64,000 nucleotides of DNA, from NCBI GenBank assembly GCA_965178125.1, contig OZ237756.1:1-64000 (forward strand), in the 5' to 3' direction. The position numbers and the translations under genes are program-made. Shown piece after piece: positions 10,201-23,534 of this stretch. Position 1 is the stretch's first letter. Each line of letters starts with the position of its first letter. Under the pieces are notes generated by a model. That model ran no database searches, was not told the origin of the DNA, and was given only the letters and a program-made list of their open reading frames with translations. The stretch is from Bilabrum cf. latius (Eukaryota).

Positions 10201-11795
10201 GGATGTAGCTCCAGACCGCGTTCCAGTCCGCCATGGCGAACTCGTCCCTACCGGTGAGCTCCGTGGCGCTGTCGCCCGTCGCCGAGTTGATCAGGTCACT
10301 GGCGTGCTCAAACATGCGGCGCTGCACTGGCGACTCTTTGCCGAGCCCCAGCTGCCCCAGCAGCAGCTTGGTGGTGGACCCATTGATGAGCAGCGTGAGG
10401 AATGCGATGCCCGCCACATAGAAGAGCACCCTCTCGCGGAGGGTCACCTCGATGTTCTCGTCCTGCTCCACGATCAGGCCAAGGCTGAGTCCAACTGCCC
10501 CGCGCAGACCTGCGTACGACAGCACGATGGCGCTCCGCCAGTCCAGCGGGTATCCCGACCACGCTAGCACCGGATAGCAAACGAGCACGCAAGCAATGCG
10601 CACCGCGTGCAACGCAATGTACAGCACGATGAGGTAAAGGAACTCGGTACCTCCTACGTACGAGGAGAAGAGCGCCTTCTCCGCGATGATGAGGCCCGAC
10701 AGGAGGAAGATCACCGTGTTGGCCAGGTACCCCAGCATCTCCCAGAACGAGTGCATCGTGTGCTCCACCTCGGGACTGACCCGCGTCTTGGCGTACCCGG
10801 ACATCAGCACGCCCAGCGTCACCACCGCCAGCACGCCGGAGGTTTCAAGCGCCGTCCCCTCTGCCACTGCAAAAGCCGTGTAGCACCCCACGACTGTCAT
10901 GGTCACTTCAGAGATGGCGTCGTTGTACACGTAGCCGAGCAGCAAAGTGATGGCGATCGCGCACACGGCGCCCCAGATTGGACCAACCGCGGCCAGCTGA
11001 ATGCCCATCCCCACCATGGCCCCCGGACTGGACTCGATGGTCTCCGTCAGGATGCCCCTTACAAGGGAGAAGAGCACGATTGCACTGCCATCGTTCAGCA
11101 AGCTCTCGCCCTCGATTAGCGTCTCCAGCGGCTTTGAGGCGCCTAGCTCTTTGAGCAAAGCAACAACTGCCACTGGGTCTGTGGCAGCCAGAATAGAGCC
11201 TAGCATAAGGTGCGCTGTGAACGTCCAGTCGTACTGCTGGAAGAGCGAGTTCGTCACTGCGGCAGTCAGCAGCGTGCCCAGCACCATCCCCGGCACTGCA
11301 AGCGCAAGGATCTGCCAGAAGGACTTTCTGAACACGTGAAAGTCTACGGAAAAAGCACTTTCAAAGATGAGGGTGGGGAGGAACACGAATAGAATGACAT
11401 GTGGGTCTACATTGGCCCATCCCTCCAGGATTCCTCGCAGCTGCACGCCCTCCTCCGGCAAAAACTGGTCCAAAGTTCCAAGCAAAACTCCAAGGACCAA
11501 TAGAAGTACCTGCGCTAGCCTATAATCGCGCTAGGATACTTAGTGGTGCAAGCGCCGATGGGAGAGGTGCGGCACGCGCCGCGCGCGCATGGCATTTGTG
11601 TGCGGCCACGGACCGTGAATGGTACCGGCAACAACTTACCGTGTATGGTGCCGGAAAGGGAAGAAACTGAGGGAGAATGTTCCTGCAGAGCAAACCCAAT
11701 AGCAGCGTGATACACACGAAAATCGCCGCATCTGCAACTGCCTCATGACCTGGTTCCTCCGGGCCAACGGGCTCTGGGGGACTCTCTCCTATCAT
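7244..11795 (-). CDS. CPA1 Na+/H+ antiporter, SOS1/NHX7-like, with a C-terminal cyclic-nucleotide-binding-like domain (~1470 aa; intron 11639-11510)
   Basis: Motifs FLPTLIFESAF, ATDPVAVVALLKELG, IEGESLLNDG, AGLRGAVGLSL and FLFKQGDDPDGIIIVLEGSV. Nine in-frame TAGs; stop TAA 7244-7246. Confidence 0.9.
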
Positions 11796-12005
11796 GACAG
11801 ACTAAACGAGTATGGTGTATTTCAACAACGCAGACAAAGGCTACTTGTTGACTCTTGTGCGCCCGTCTAGCTTGGGTTGTCTTGCGTCACGGAAATCAGT
11901 GCCGATGAATCAACACCTTACAAACAATGAAGCAGCAGAAGGCTCCTTGCGGCATTATTAGCTTCAACGAGCCAATATTTCGCTGGTATTGGGGATAGAT
12001 CGATC

Positions 12006-13414
12006 ATGAAACTTGCAAGCTTTGATGCTTTTCAAAAAATTCGTGCTGGTTCCGCTCCATTTGTGGCGGACCGAACTTTATGCGGTGCGACGAGTAAGTT
12101 TTACGTTGTTTCTGTTCAAAGCATCGTTGTTTCCGGTGATGCAGCAGCGCTGAAAATCAGGTGGCTAAATTTCTGTCAACCGCAGTTACGCTGGTGACTG
12201 GAGTCGTCATGGTGCTCATATTGCTACAGGAGGTCAGGTTGTATTTGACAGTAGACTACGAAGATGAGGTGCACGTAGATTCAACTCATGCGGAAGAGGA
12301 CATGTCTGTGCGATTGGACATGACCTTCTTCCACCTGAAATGCGATGGTGAGGCTCGAAGTCGTTGCAGCAGTCAGCATGTCTCTCTTCCTGTACATGCT
12401 GTCGCATTTTTAGCACAACCGTTATCGACTAGCAATTGTATCGCAGACGTAGAGTTTGAGATTTAGGATAGCAAGGGATAGTTGTATCCTCCCGGAGCTG
12501 CCCGTCTGACCAAAGCCAGCGTGCGAGACGCCGACCGCCAGCTGGCCACCGCCGTTGCCATGCACAGGCAGCTTCTGGCGGCGCACGGCAAGCGGCAAGG
12601 GTGGAGCCTAGGGTCAATGCTAGGGTTTGGCGGCAGAGCGGTAGGACCCGGTGATAGCGACGACGAGTACGGTGACGACCCGGACGCCGACGTGGCTGGC
12701 ATCGTGAATCCCTCCCGGCTGGCGCAGGCGATGAACATCGCCAGGCAGCACTCGAGCGGGTAGGGCTCGGGCAGTGCGGGACAGGGCAGCAATGGCAGAC
12801 CGGAGCTAAGCAGAGATGGGTGCAGGGTGCACGGCGGGCTGCGGCTCAAGAAAGCAGCGGGCAATTTCCACGTGGTGCCGCGCCCCTTCAGCGCCAGGGG
12901 GTCCACTGGCTTCTTCCGGGGCATGCCGGTGGACGAGCTGCTGTTGTACAACGCGTCACACGTGGTGCACGACCTGGCGTTTGGCCCTGCCTTCCGCGGG
13001 CAGGAGAGCCCCCTCCGCGGTGTGGTGCGCGCCCACGAGGAGGGCCCCGCGCAGTTCCAGTACTACGTGACCGTCGTGCCCACGCTCGTGTCGGGGGGGC
13101 GGGCCTCGCTGGCGGCCTGGGTGGGCTCCTGGATCGGGCTGGGGGGCAGCGAGGCACTGGCGCTCAGGAGCGCGCAGTACTCGGCCACAGAGTTCACGGC
13201 GGCGACTGACCCCACCTCGGTTATGATGTCACCCCCAGGGGTCATCTTCCGATTCGATTTCTCTCCCGTCATGGTCATGCGGAAGGAGCGGTCGAGGACG
13301 ATGGCGCAGCTCCTCACCTCTGTGTGCGCCATCCTCGGTGGCGTGTTTGCAGTGAGCGGGATGCTGGACGGGGCAATTCACAGGGCGGGGAGACTCTTCA
13401 AGAAAGCGGATTGA
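12006..13414 (+). CDS. ER-Golgi intermediate compartment protein (ERGIC3/Erv46/Erv41 family); introns 12094-12185 and 12348-12446
   Basis: Motifs LASFDAFQK, RTLCGA, GCRVHGGLRLKKAAGNFH, FQYYVTVVPT, PGVIFRFDFSP and LTSVCAILGGVFAV. TAGs at 12464, 12479 and 12761; TGA stop. Confidence 0.9.
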
Positions 13415-13597
13415 AGCGATAGTTTAGATTGCATCATTGGTAAGATGGCGTCAAAGCACACAGCCTCTGGGTGCGGTTTATCTCCCAAACCGGAAGCGAT
13501 CACTGCCTCTGGGTGCGGTTTGCGACCAGATAGTCCTCGGTCCTCAGGGTGGTTGTGAGGCCATTCGTAGCAACAGTTGCACACATAGTTTGTGTAC

Positions 13598-15589
13598 ATG
13601 CTGAGCTTGCTTATTCTCTCGGCGGTGGTGGGCGGAGCCGTGGCATCTGACCCAGTTCATGCTGCCTTCGAGGCGGATGACTTTCGCGTTGTACAAGACA
13701 TTACTCAGGGAAAAACTGGCCGCGGGGTCCTCGCTGAGAGCAAAAATGCCACCTTGCTCTCGTCTGGGTTGCCGAAGCGCGCTTTCTACGCCGCGGGGAG
13801 TCCTTATGAGATCGGCTACGTTCGCGGTTTCTTGGACTACAACCACACTGAAATCATGACGAATTACTTCTTGCTGCATGCGGTGCCTTCTTTGATCGAC
13901 AAGAATCTCGATCTGGAGCTCACCAGGAACAACGAAACGCGAGGCGCCTGGGACATTGTGTGCAGCCTGATTGAAGACATTGTCGTGTCTGGCTCGGTTA
14001 AGAGCTTCAAGCACGACGTCCAGACTGGCTCGATTCCATCCGATGTGCAGAATGAAATGCAGGGCATCGTAGATGGCGCGATTGCTGGCGGAGCGAATGC
14101 ATCCGTGGTGACTCTGGAAAAGATCGTCACAATTAACGTAGGCCTGGACTTCGCGAGCGCTCTTGTGTACTCGGGCCAAATCCTCGATATCCTGGAGGAC
14201 AGGGCTGCGTCGTGGATTCAATTGCAGCCGCAGGAGCAGCGTGACGCAGCTGCGACCATGATGCATGCTGTGCTGGCTCGCCTGCGGGGCGCTGGACCCT
14301 CTGCGTGGCGCTCGCCGGCCCTGTGCGACGCCTTCGCGGCCTGGGGCGCTGCCACTGCGGGGGGTTCTGGGTCCTACTTTGCTCGGGATTTCCAGCTTAG
14401 TATGGGACAGGTACTGCAGGACCTGCTGGCTCCGACCATTTTCGTGCCTGTTGCCTCGCAAGGGGACAGTGACGCGCCCATTCCGCTCGTGGCCGCCACA
14501 GGGCCCGCCTTCGTGGGCGTGTTTACGGCTCTGAATGCCCAGGGCTTTGCCATGGGCGTGGACACACTGCGGACCTGCCAGGGGGACCCCAAGGCGGTGG
14601 GTCTCAACTCGGTGCTTCTGGTTCGGCTCGCGGGCCACGCCTCCCCCGACTCGGAGACTGCCACAAGGTTCGTGGCGAGCGCCAGGCGAGGGGCTTCCTA
14701 CCTGTATCCCATGAGCGACGCAAATGGGGATGCGCGCATCTTGGAGGCTGGCACCTGGAGGCCCTCCTCGGCGGGCGTGCAGGACTGGGGCTAGAACGAG
14801 ACATGCGTGCAGGACGCCTCCCTGCGCGCCCAGCTGCCCTCCTTGCAGGCAATGCAGGGCTGGGTAGAGGCCTCTGAGCGGGCGGGCACGTGGGATCAGG
14901 GCGTGTTCGTCCGATCGAGCAAGTTCGCGGGCGAGTTTCCCAGCGAGCTGGTTCTCCCCTACAGCGAGAAGCTGTTCCAGGCGGCTGGGCTTCAGCTCAA
15001 CTCATCCGCATGGCTGGCTCGCAGGGGGCAGCTCATGGACGGGTCTTGGCAGCAGGAGAACGGGCCGGCTGGCAAGAAGCTGGCGGCCAAGTTCTTCAGC
15101 AACCCGCGGGTTGGGCTCGGCGCCAGCGGGGCCCCGCCGAACCACCTCGTTGTGAGCAACACGGCGCTGTTCCCCCAGATGCGGGTGAGTCAGATGGGCG
15201 TGTGGGCCAGCTCCATCCCCGGGGAGGCGATCCAGTGGAGGTACGACTCCCTGTCCTGGCTGGTGGATCGGCAGGCCAACGGCGGGGTGGGTGGGGTGGA
15301 CTTGCCTACCGCCATGCGGCTCATCGAGTTCCTCAAGCCCTGCCACATGGAGAATGCCACTCTGGCGATAGAGGGGCTTCCCAACGGCGTGCGAGTGGAC
15401 GAGGTGTCGGGTGACCTGTGCACCCCCGAGTACTGGGTATTCGACCGGCTGCACGCCAGCGACCCGCTGTCCGCGCCCATCCAGGGGTCGCTGGCCGTCT
15501 GCGACCTCAAGGACAGGCGCATGGTCACCAAGACCGGGTACTTCCGGGACGCATGGATCCAGCTGACGCTGCCGAACTACCTCAAATGA
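13598..15589 (+). CDS. Secreted Ntn-hydrolase-like protein (C45/AAT or acid-ceramidase-like)
   Basis: Signal-peptide-like N-terminus, GSPYEIGY, EMQGIVDG, a candidate nucleophile motif L-CDAFAAWGAAT..YFARDF, and LNAQGFAMG. One TAG (14792) joins two same-frame ORFs; TGA stop. Confidence 0.7.
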
Positions 15590-15804
15590 GGCTGCTCCAA
15601 ATAAAGTTCGCTGGGAAAATTGCAATTTTCGGGAAAAGGCGTGCTTGTGCCGCACGAGTTGGTCGCAACTCATACTTGCGACCGTTGCGTGTTGCCACGT
15701 CCCATCCTAGTCGATCCACGGATCAGCTTGATACAACTGGGTAGTTCATCCAAATCGTCAGCTTGCAAATGAATTTGTTTTGAGTCTCACGGGTCCAGAG
15801 CATC

Positions 15805-18030
15805 ATGCCATCTGAAGCGCAAGAAGAACACAACTCATAGAGTTTGCGCAGCAAAGACAGAGAATTTGAAACAATTCCAGGGGTGATAGAATTGAGGAGC
15901 CCATGTTTATACTGCTCCTACGGATTTGGATGGCGATGGTTGCTTATGGTTGCCTGCGCGGCTCTATCGGCTCTAAACTGTAGCACGATGGTAGATGCGA
16001 CTACACCAGTCAAATTCGACAACATATAGCAGCACCCAGACTCTAACGAGCTGTCTATATCGGTTGCAGGGTTCCAGTGCAGGGTCGATGCGACATGGTC
16101 ACGCGCCTGGCCGGTTTTATTGGCTCTAGTATTTCTTGCTTTAGTGGGTGAGGTTGTGGGTGTTGCTGTGCCCGTGCTGCGCGGTTGGCAAGAATTTTCT
16201 TTAGTACAGACTCTGATCCTTCTAAACGTTACAACGTACTTATCACAAATGGTGAGATGTCCGCTTGCAGAACTGTCGCTTATTTCGGCTCGCCACGTCT
16301 CCCCCGCCGGCGACTCAGTAGCCAACACCACGATCGCCTCGCACGAGCTTGGAACAGGACTGCCAGATAGCTTCAGACTTAACCGAAACGGGAGTTGACA
16401 CCCTCATCGCTAGATTCTTATTCTGCGTGTCTTGCAGGCCCTTGATGGCATCGTGCTGACAGCGAACGGGTGGCCGGTATTTGGGGCCATATTTGCCCTG
16501 TAGTGGGTGGGTTCGCGGTATGTACTGGCGAGTGCAGTAACCTTGCGATTTGAATCGAAGGTGCCACGGCGAGCAGGTTGCCGAGGCGGTCTGCAGCTAG
16601 TAGCCTTCGAGGACGGACCGGGGGCACCTATGACCAAGCTTTCAGCCCTAGACCGTGGCTTCCGAGCACCCTCGGATGGCATCCTACACGCGGTCTCTGG
16701 ATCCAGGCAGGCACAGTTGCAGGCGCACCACGCCATCGCCAGTGCCAGTAGCAGCGGATCCCCTGCTGTCCAGCCACCCCCGCGGCTGTCCACGAGTCTA
16801 CAGCGGGGTGCCACATCCGCGCGAGAGCTACGACACAAAGATAGGGTCCTTGGGGCATACGAACGCAGAGGGATCGAGTGGGAGCCGCTGGGGCGGGGCG
16901 GCATCGGGCGGGTGCTGCTGCAGCTTGGCGCGCCGGGTATGGGAATGGTAGGGGGCATGTGGAGCAGCGAGATGCGCGTGGGTGCAAGCATGCCTGAGGG
17001 ACATGATGCCTGGGTGCCGGCAGGGGACTCAGCGGTGGTGCGTCGGCGGGGCTCCACGGTGGAATTGAGGACGGGTCCACCGCAATCGGCTGGGGCCCTT
17101 CTGCCCAGGCCTTCGAGGCGGGTGCTGGATGAGGCACCTCCTGCGGCAATGAAGGGACGCGGGCACGTGGCATTGGATGGAAGGAAGGGTGATCATGTGC
17201 CGCTGGCGAACCCAAGGCCGGCAGCCCTCCCAAGTAAGATAGGAAGCAATGCCGTATCTATCTCTGGCAGCGACCTGGAGCGGGCCGACGGAGAAACACA
17301 GGCTATTGGTAGAACCGATGGCGAGCAAATTGGTTCTGCAGGTAGCTCAGATGGAGACACTTGTGGCAATGTAAAAAAGGAGGGTGACGATGATGACAAA
17401 AGGCAGTTCCGTCCATGCGGGGAAGGTGCGGTGGCAGTCTGGCTGCGAGCCGCCCTGGTGGAGCTGGACTCCATCTCCGACTTCAGCTCGGCGCTAATCC
17501 TGGGACTGGACTCTTGGCCCGGGGTGGTGTACACGGTACTGGCCACGGTCGGGCTCATCCAGACACTGGCACAGTTCGTGCTCTTCAACCTGCACGGCAG
17601 CTCCACGCCTGCTGTGCGGGCCCTGCGCATGGGCAGCACTGTGATGCTGGACCTGCCCATGACCGCGATTGACGTGAGGGCCGTGGTGCTGCAATCCAAC
17701 CCCGCGAGCTAGTCCTACCTGATCTTCTCGTTCCTCATCAAGGGAGCCACCATGGCCGTGCATGCCGCCCTCACGTGGCACGAGCTCGGCACTTGGCTGC
17801 AGCAGGCCCAGCAGCCGTACTTGGACCGCGAGGAGGTCCCTCCCTCCTGTCTCTGGCTCGCGGGACGAGATGTAGGGGCTACCATCGCCTGGCTCTACTC
17901 GGCTTGCTGTCGCGGCTGCTGCTCGTCCATTGCGTGCTGTAGATGCTGCAGCTGCTGTGGGTCGGGGTGTGGCGGGTCTCCGCACCCAGCCAAGGTGGGT
18001 GCAGAGGCGACGGATCGGCCGGAGATCTGA
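15805..18030 (+). CDS. Hypothetical multi-pass membrane protein with a Cys-rich C-terminus (intron 16252-16437)
   Basis: Same-frame segments joined by 4 TAGs and one GT-AG intron; several hydrophobic stretches; TGA stop. Confidence 0.65.
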
Positions 18031-18113
18031 TGACTTGTGACCCCGTCGAACTTGAGCTCACGTTGTTTGCGGCATCATGATTTCGGCATCAATAGTCAGT
18101 ACTCGGAGCCAAA

Positions 18114-20282
18114 ATGGCCGAATGGCGCGCTCGAATCATGCCTATACTCCCTCGTGCCCCCCGATCACTTCACAATGCCAAACTATCCGTAAGCATGTTA
18201 CCAGGACTAGTACCTGAAAGCGCAGAGTTTCCTGAAGTTCCGAAGGACCAGACGGGCCACCTGTCGTTTGCGGGGCGGGCTGCCGGCCGCCCACGAACCA
18301 CATCGCCAGGCGGCACTGATGCGATTCATAGCAGACAAAAAGCACATTAGGGTGGTGAAGATGCATATTACGACGAGAAAGAACGAAACGAGGTTGAATG
18401 GGAGGCCAGGATATCCTCGAGGCTGCTCACACCAACAGGACCAACGTCCCAGTCGATCACCGAGGCACTCCGCTCAATAAGTCCGTCACAGACACCCCAA
18501 AATGAGACACATGGCAAGAACAAGGATGATGCTGCACGTGAACGCACTGATCCGTCTGAGGCTGCAGGCGCTGTGAAAGGCGAGGCGGTACGACGCGGCA
18601 GGCGGCGCCGGAGCTCGGTGTTTGGAGGTACGTAGGCCGCCGGCGGAGCATCAATGAGCACCGAAGCACAAATAAACGCGATACAAGCGCACCTTCCATC
18701 GGCTCGACGCGAGCTCGAAGCCTTGATTGACCCTATGGGAGACTTTGACTGGCATTTCTTGGGTGAGGTCCTGGGCGCACCAGCTCGAGACCAGCGTGTC
18801 GTTGCTATGGCCAAGAAGGAGATGGCAGGAAGCCATAGTGCCAGCACCTCTATAGGCCAAGATCACGATGTAGGCAAAGCATGCATGGAAGATGGGCTCA
18901 GAGGAGTTGACGATTCCAGGACCGAAGCGCTGGCCCCAGCAGAGGCAGAGGCCGGGCTCCCCGAAGGTGCAAGACACGCCGGGGCACCCATGCTGGACCG
19001 AAAGGAGGAACAGCGAGTGGCAGGTAAGCTAGGGCATGCAGGAGGGTACGCCCGCAAGGCCGAGCTGGAGAGGTCCCGCGGCCTGACCTCCCATCCGGGC
19101 CCGGGAGCGGCCGATAGAGGGGCGGCAGACACCCTCGCTGCCAGGTCGATTGGAGCTACTGAGGCCGGTGACGTGGATCCGGACCAGCTGGCATTCGTGC
19201 AGGAGCTGCTCGGCTGGGGGGAAGACAGGCGAACCCGCTGGCTGCAGCGCGCCCTACAGGTGACCCGGATGCTCTGGCAGGATGCAGGCATGTCGAGGCG
19301 GGACCAGGACATGTTCCTATCAGCACACGGGAGAGCCGAGGGGGGGGAGGGGCAGGCCCTGCCTCCCGGTGAGCTCCTCTCCCGATGCCTGGCAGTGGCC
19401 GAGCACATGTCGCTGCTAGCCGACCACTCTGCCGCGACTGACACGGTGCGGGCCGCTGCCGAGCTGCGGGAGCGTTTGGTGCAAGACTTGCGGGACACGC
19501 TGGCTCACACCAGGTCCAAGCTATCGCGTAGGCTGATGAGCGCCCTCTAGGACATCTAGCGCGGGGTGGAGACCTCGCTACGTCCCTCGGGGCTCCCCCC
19601 TAACGGTCAGCTTGACACAGGCACGCGTGGGTTGGGTGCGGGAAAGGACCCGAGGCTCGGCGAGTTGGAGCGCAGCGCCACGAAGCGAGATGCAGGGCTC
19701 TCCGTACCAGAGAGGGACTCGCTGCTGCAGGGGAGGGTGCGCGTGCGGGTGCTGCTCCTGCACCTGCTCCGCTCCAGCCTATCCATTGCAGAGGGGGTGG
19801 CGAGGTGGCGGCGCAGCATGTGGAGGCCGCACCCTTTCTTATTCCGGGGCCGGAACCTGCTGCGGGCCATCCGGAAAGACACGCGGTTCCTGCTTGAGGA
19901 CAGCACCCCGGCGCTGCTGCAGCTGCTGGCCGTACCGTTTGACGAGATCAAGCTGCTCCTCGCTTTCTCCTTCCCACCGCAGCCGAATAGCCCACCCGCT
20001 GCACGGAGCGGTACCAGACCTGGGGAGAGCGACGCGACAGGCGCGACAGGCTCCGGCAAAGATGTCCCACAGGACCCCCTGAGCGTCGGCAGCGTGGTGG
20101 ACCTGGTGGAAGTGAACGAAGTCATCCCAGATCCGCGCATTCTGGACAGGCTGGACCGCGCGGTACGCATGGTGCATCTAGAGGCTGGCCTGCAGCAAAG
20201 GCTGAGGAGAGAGACAGCGAGGCTGAATGAGGAGCACTTGTTCATCCCAGTGCTACGGTGGAGGCGCAAGGGGAAGATTTGA
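18114..20282 (+). CDS. Hypothetical protein (~722 aa)
   Basis: One frame open from ATG 18114 to TGA 20282 apart from 4 TAGs. Confidence 0.7.
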
Positions 20283-20350
20283 GCCGCGCATTGTATAGAA
20301 TATCAGTCAACTTTTCTATCGCAGGAGTAGCAAGCACCGAATCACCACAA

Positions 20351-22075
20351 TTAAGATATCCCAAGCGACTCTGCAGCGCGCTCCACGGCCTCATCGCTGA
20401 CCCGCAGCACGGCCTTGCCCCACGACCCCTTGCTCGTCATGTGACGATGAGCCTCTTCGACGTCCTCGAGACGGAACCTCGCTGTGAGCGGGACCATGGA
20501 CTCGCCGACTCTGCTGCTGCCGGCCTGCACCTCCTGAAACATGACCAGATCTCCCCTATCACGAAAGCTGGCAGGGTTACCCGCGTCGCCCTCGCCTGGC
20601 GCCAGCAAGTGAGCTGCGATGGCACTCTGGTCCAGCTCGCCCCAGCTCTCGGCCAGGACACTGTCCCTCGACAGCGCGCTCGCACACAGCATCGCGGGCC
20701 CGTGCATGGCAGCCAGGGCCCGCCGCACGATGCCCCCTTTCTCCGCCGGACTCCTGCTCCTCAGCGTGGCCCCCGTCCAGTGCAGCCGCTTCAGCATCAG
20801 GCGCATCATGTTCACAGGAGTCATTTCTTCGTTGCCGCTGCCTTCCCCGCGCTCGAGAGCGGCGGCTGCCCCTCGACCGAAAGCGATTTGGACCAGCGCA
20901 CCTTCAGTCCCGAGCACATCGAGATTGCGCTGCATGTAAGGGCCCCCGATTGAGTCCAGCACCACAGACACCCCATCCAGGGGGCCCTCCCGCCCCTCGC
21001 CCGCGCGCCTGGAAGGTCGGTCGAGCACGCCACCACTGGCCCACATACCCGGGTGCAGGTCCAGCAGCTCGGATATGCCCGGCATGGGAATGCCCTGGAA
21101 CGACTCGGAATGCACGGCGGGGGTCCCCTGCTCACCTGTGTCCCCGCTGTGCCTGTGGGGCCTGACATCTGCCCCGCTCCTTGCCAGCTGCTTGCATCGC
21201 AGGTGCAGGTGCTCGGCTCGCCGCACAGCCTCCGGGCGCTGGTGCTCCAGCCACTCCCTCACCTCTGTGTCTCGCAGCACATCTCTGAAGTCTGACCAAG
21301 CCCCTTCCGACTCGGGGCCAACGGGGTCGCTGTCGTATGCCACGCACAGGCTCGCGCCCATTCCAAGCGTCTCGGCCTGTCTTGCTCGACTGCTTGTGGT
21401 GACAGCAACTGCTCCAACGCGACTCGCTACGGCGATTGCCATGGAACCAATCCCTCCGGCACCTCCGTGCGCGAGGAGCACCTCGCCCGGGCCAAGGCCA
21501 CCTCGCTCTACCACGGTCGACCAAACCGTGGCTGCATTCTCTGGCGTACATGCTAGCACATCCATGAACGCACCCATATCTACAAGTCTCGAATGTTTAT
21601 CTGATTTTGAATTAGGTATTCTCTGCACTTTCCGCAGCTGTGCAGCTGGAACTGAAACGTACTCTGCGTACCCACCGCCATTCGTAAGTCCATATACCAC
21701 ATCCCCGGGGCTCAACCGCCCAGGACCAGCTTCTGTTCGTCCTGTACTAACAACTACCCCAGCCACTTCCAGGCCGAGGTACGGGCTGCTGCCTCTTGGG
21801 GCTGGATAAGCACCACTTTTCTAGAGGAGGTCTGGTTTGCAGAGACCACATGCAGCGACATGCACCAGGGCATGACCGGCTGGAATATTAGGTATCGGTA
21901 CCCGCTCAATGCTCATATGAGCATCCTTGCCTCTGCCATGATGAACTGCTGCCAACATCGTGCTCGGAATCCCGCTCGAAAGCAGTCTTGCACCAACTGC
22001 AAGTGTGTACGTTCGAGTGGATCGCAGCCCCCGAGGCGCCAAAGAGGGCCTCAATCGCCTGATAACACCTATCAT
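20351..22075 (-). CDS. NADPH:quinone oxidoreductase, PIG3-like (MDR superfamily)
   Basis: Motifs KPDLL[TAG]KSGAYPAPRGSSPYLGLEVAG, GGGYAEYV, LAHGGAGGIG, VVLDSIGGPY and GATLRSR. Stop TAA. Confidence 0.9.
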
Positions 22076-22357
22076 TTACGGGAATGTAGTAAAGGGTTGG
22101 ATACTAGAAGTAGATAATCGTAATATGTGAAGCCGTGCACAGGAGAGATCCGGAATGCGGATCTCCGACTAGGCCTGCACTGGCAGCCTCCCCGTAGACA
22201 GGACATGTAGCCGCAATGTTAGCAGCCGCATAGTTAAACAATCCTGAGTCACCACTAAAGTGACACCACCATAATGATACGGCCACCATCATGGCAAGAA
22301 CACCTGGTAGGTCGGCGGATTGGATGCGGCACCAAGGCGGCCCAGCAGGCCTGCATG

Positions 22358-23392
22358 TCACTCTGATGCCTTTTTAAGGCATATCCTGGGGATGTGCCAC
22401 TGACCCCTCCCTGCAGCGGTGTCCGAGGTCACTCGGATCATCTCGTCAAAGTACTCGCTCACCTTGGCCGCGCCCATGCCCGTGGTGGACCCCACAATGT
22501 CGCAGTAGCTGGCCTGCCAGCTCTTCAGGATGCGACTTAGCCCCAAATCAAGCTTGCCGCTGGCATCGATCGAGTCCAGCTTGATCAGCTCCTCAGTGGA
22601 AGCAGCCAGGTCTAGTCGCGCGAGGCCCGACCCTACGCGACCGGCGGCGCCTTCCGGCTTTCGATCCTTCGGGGTTCCGTCCTGGTCCTCCGAAGCAATG
22701 CCACTTCTGGTAGCAGATAAGCCATTCCTTGCCGCGGACATCACCTCCCAAAGCACAGACCGTCCCACCATCCAGTCTCCACCGGCCTTCTCGCCAAACA
22801 CCCGAACTGCATGCCAAAAGTCTGCGGGGTTTCGCTCTGGTCGAGCCCCGGCAAAGAAAAGCATACCATAGTCTTCTGCCAGTATGTGTACTCCCGCCCC
22901 GCCTGGTTTGGCGACACGAAGCATTGCGTCAAAGCACGACGCGCGCTAATCCTTCGTCAAAATGTGGATCTAGTGGCGGTTGAGCACCAGATCAAACGAA
23001 TTGTCTTCCAATTCAGCTAGCGTACACGCATCCATGACTTTAAAGGTGCAACGATCGCTCATCTTTAGCTACGAGGCTCTGGTTTGCGAGACCTCCACCA
23101 GCTTCTCTTCGAGGTCAATGCCAAGCATGGTTGCATCAGGCAGAGCTTTTGCGAGCTCAAAAAAGAAAACGCCAGACCCGCACCCTACATCGAGTATCTT
23201 CGGGCTCGATATGTCGCGAAGGGCCTCGGCTATGCGTGGGATTTCGAGGGGGGCAATCGCGTTCACCTGGGACTGAAGAACTTCGAGCATGCCAGTGTCG
23301 GTCATCACGGCCCTGTGATCGTCGTAAACATTCGAACCATACTTGGATTCTGCAACGCTGTCGAGCGGGCCGCCAGTTCCAACACTCGCCAT
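22358..23392 (-). CDS. Class I SAM-dependent methyltransferase
   Basis: Motifs ILDVGCGSG, LGID, DNSFDLV and MLRVAKPGG. TAGs at 23069, 22970 and 22946; TGA stop. Confidence 0.88.
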
Positions 23393-23534
23393 AGCAATTT
23401 CGGATTGGTCACGGCATACGTCCGCCGATGATGACGGCTGCCGCGCACCTGCAACTGCAGCGCACTGTGACCAGATTTAGACCCACAAAGGCGAGGCGCC
23501 CTATTGCTGTTAGAAGTACAATATGTCATGAATT

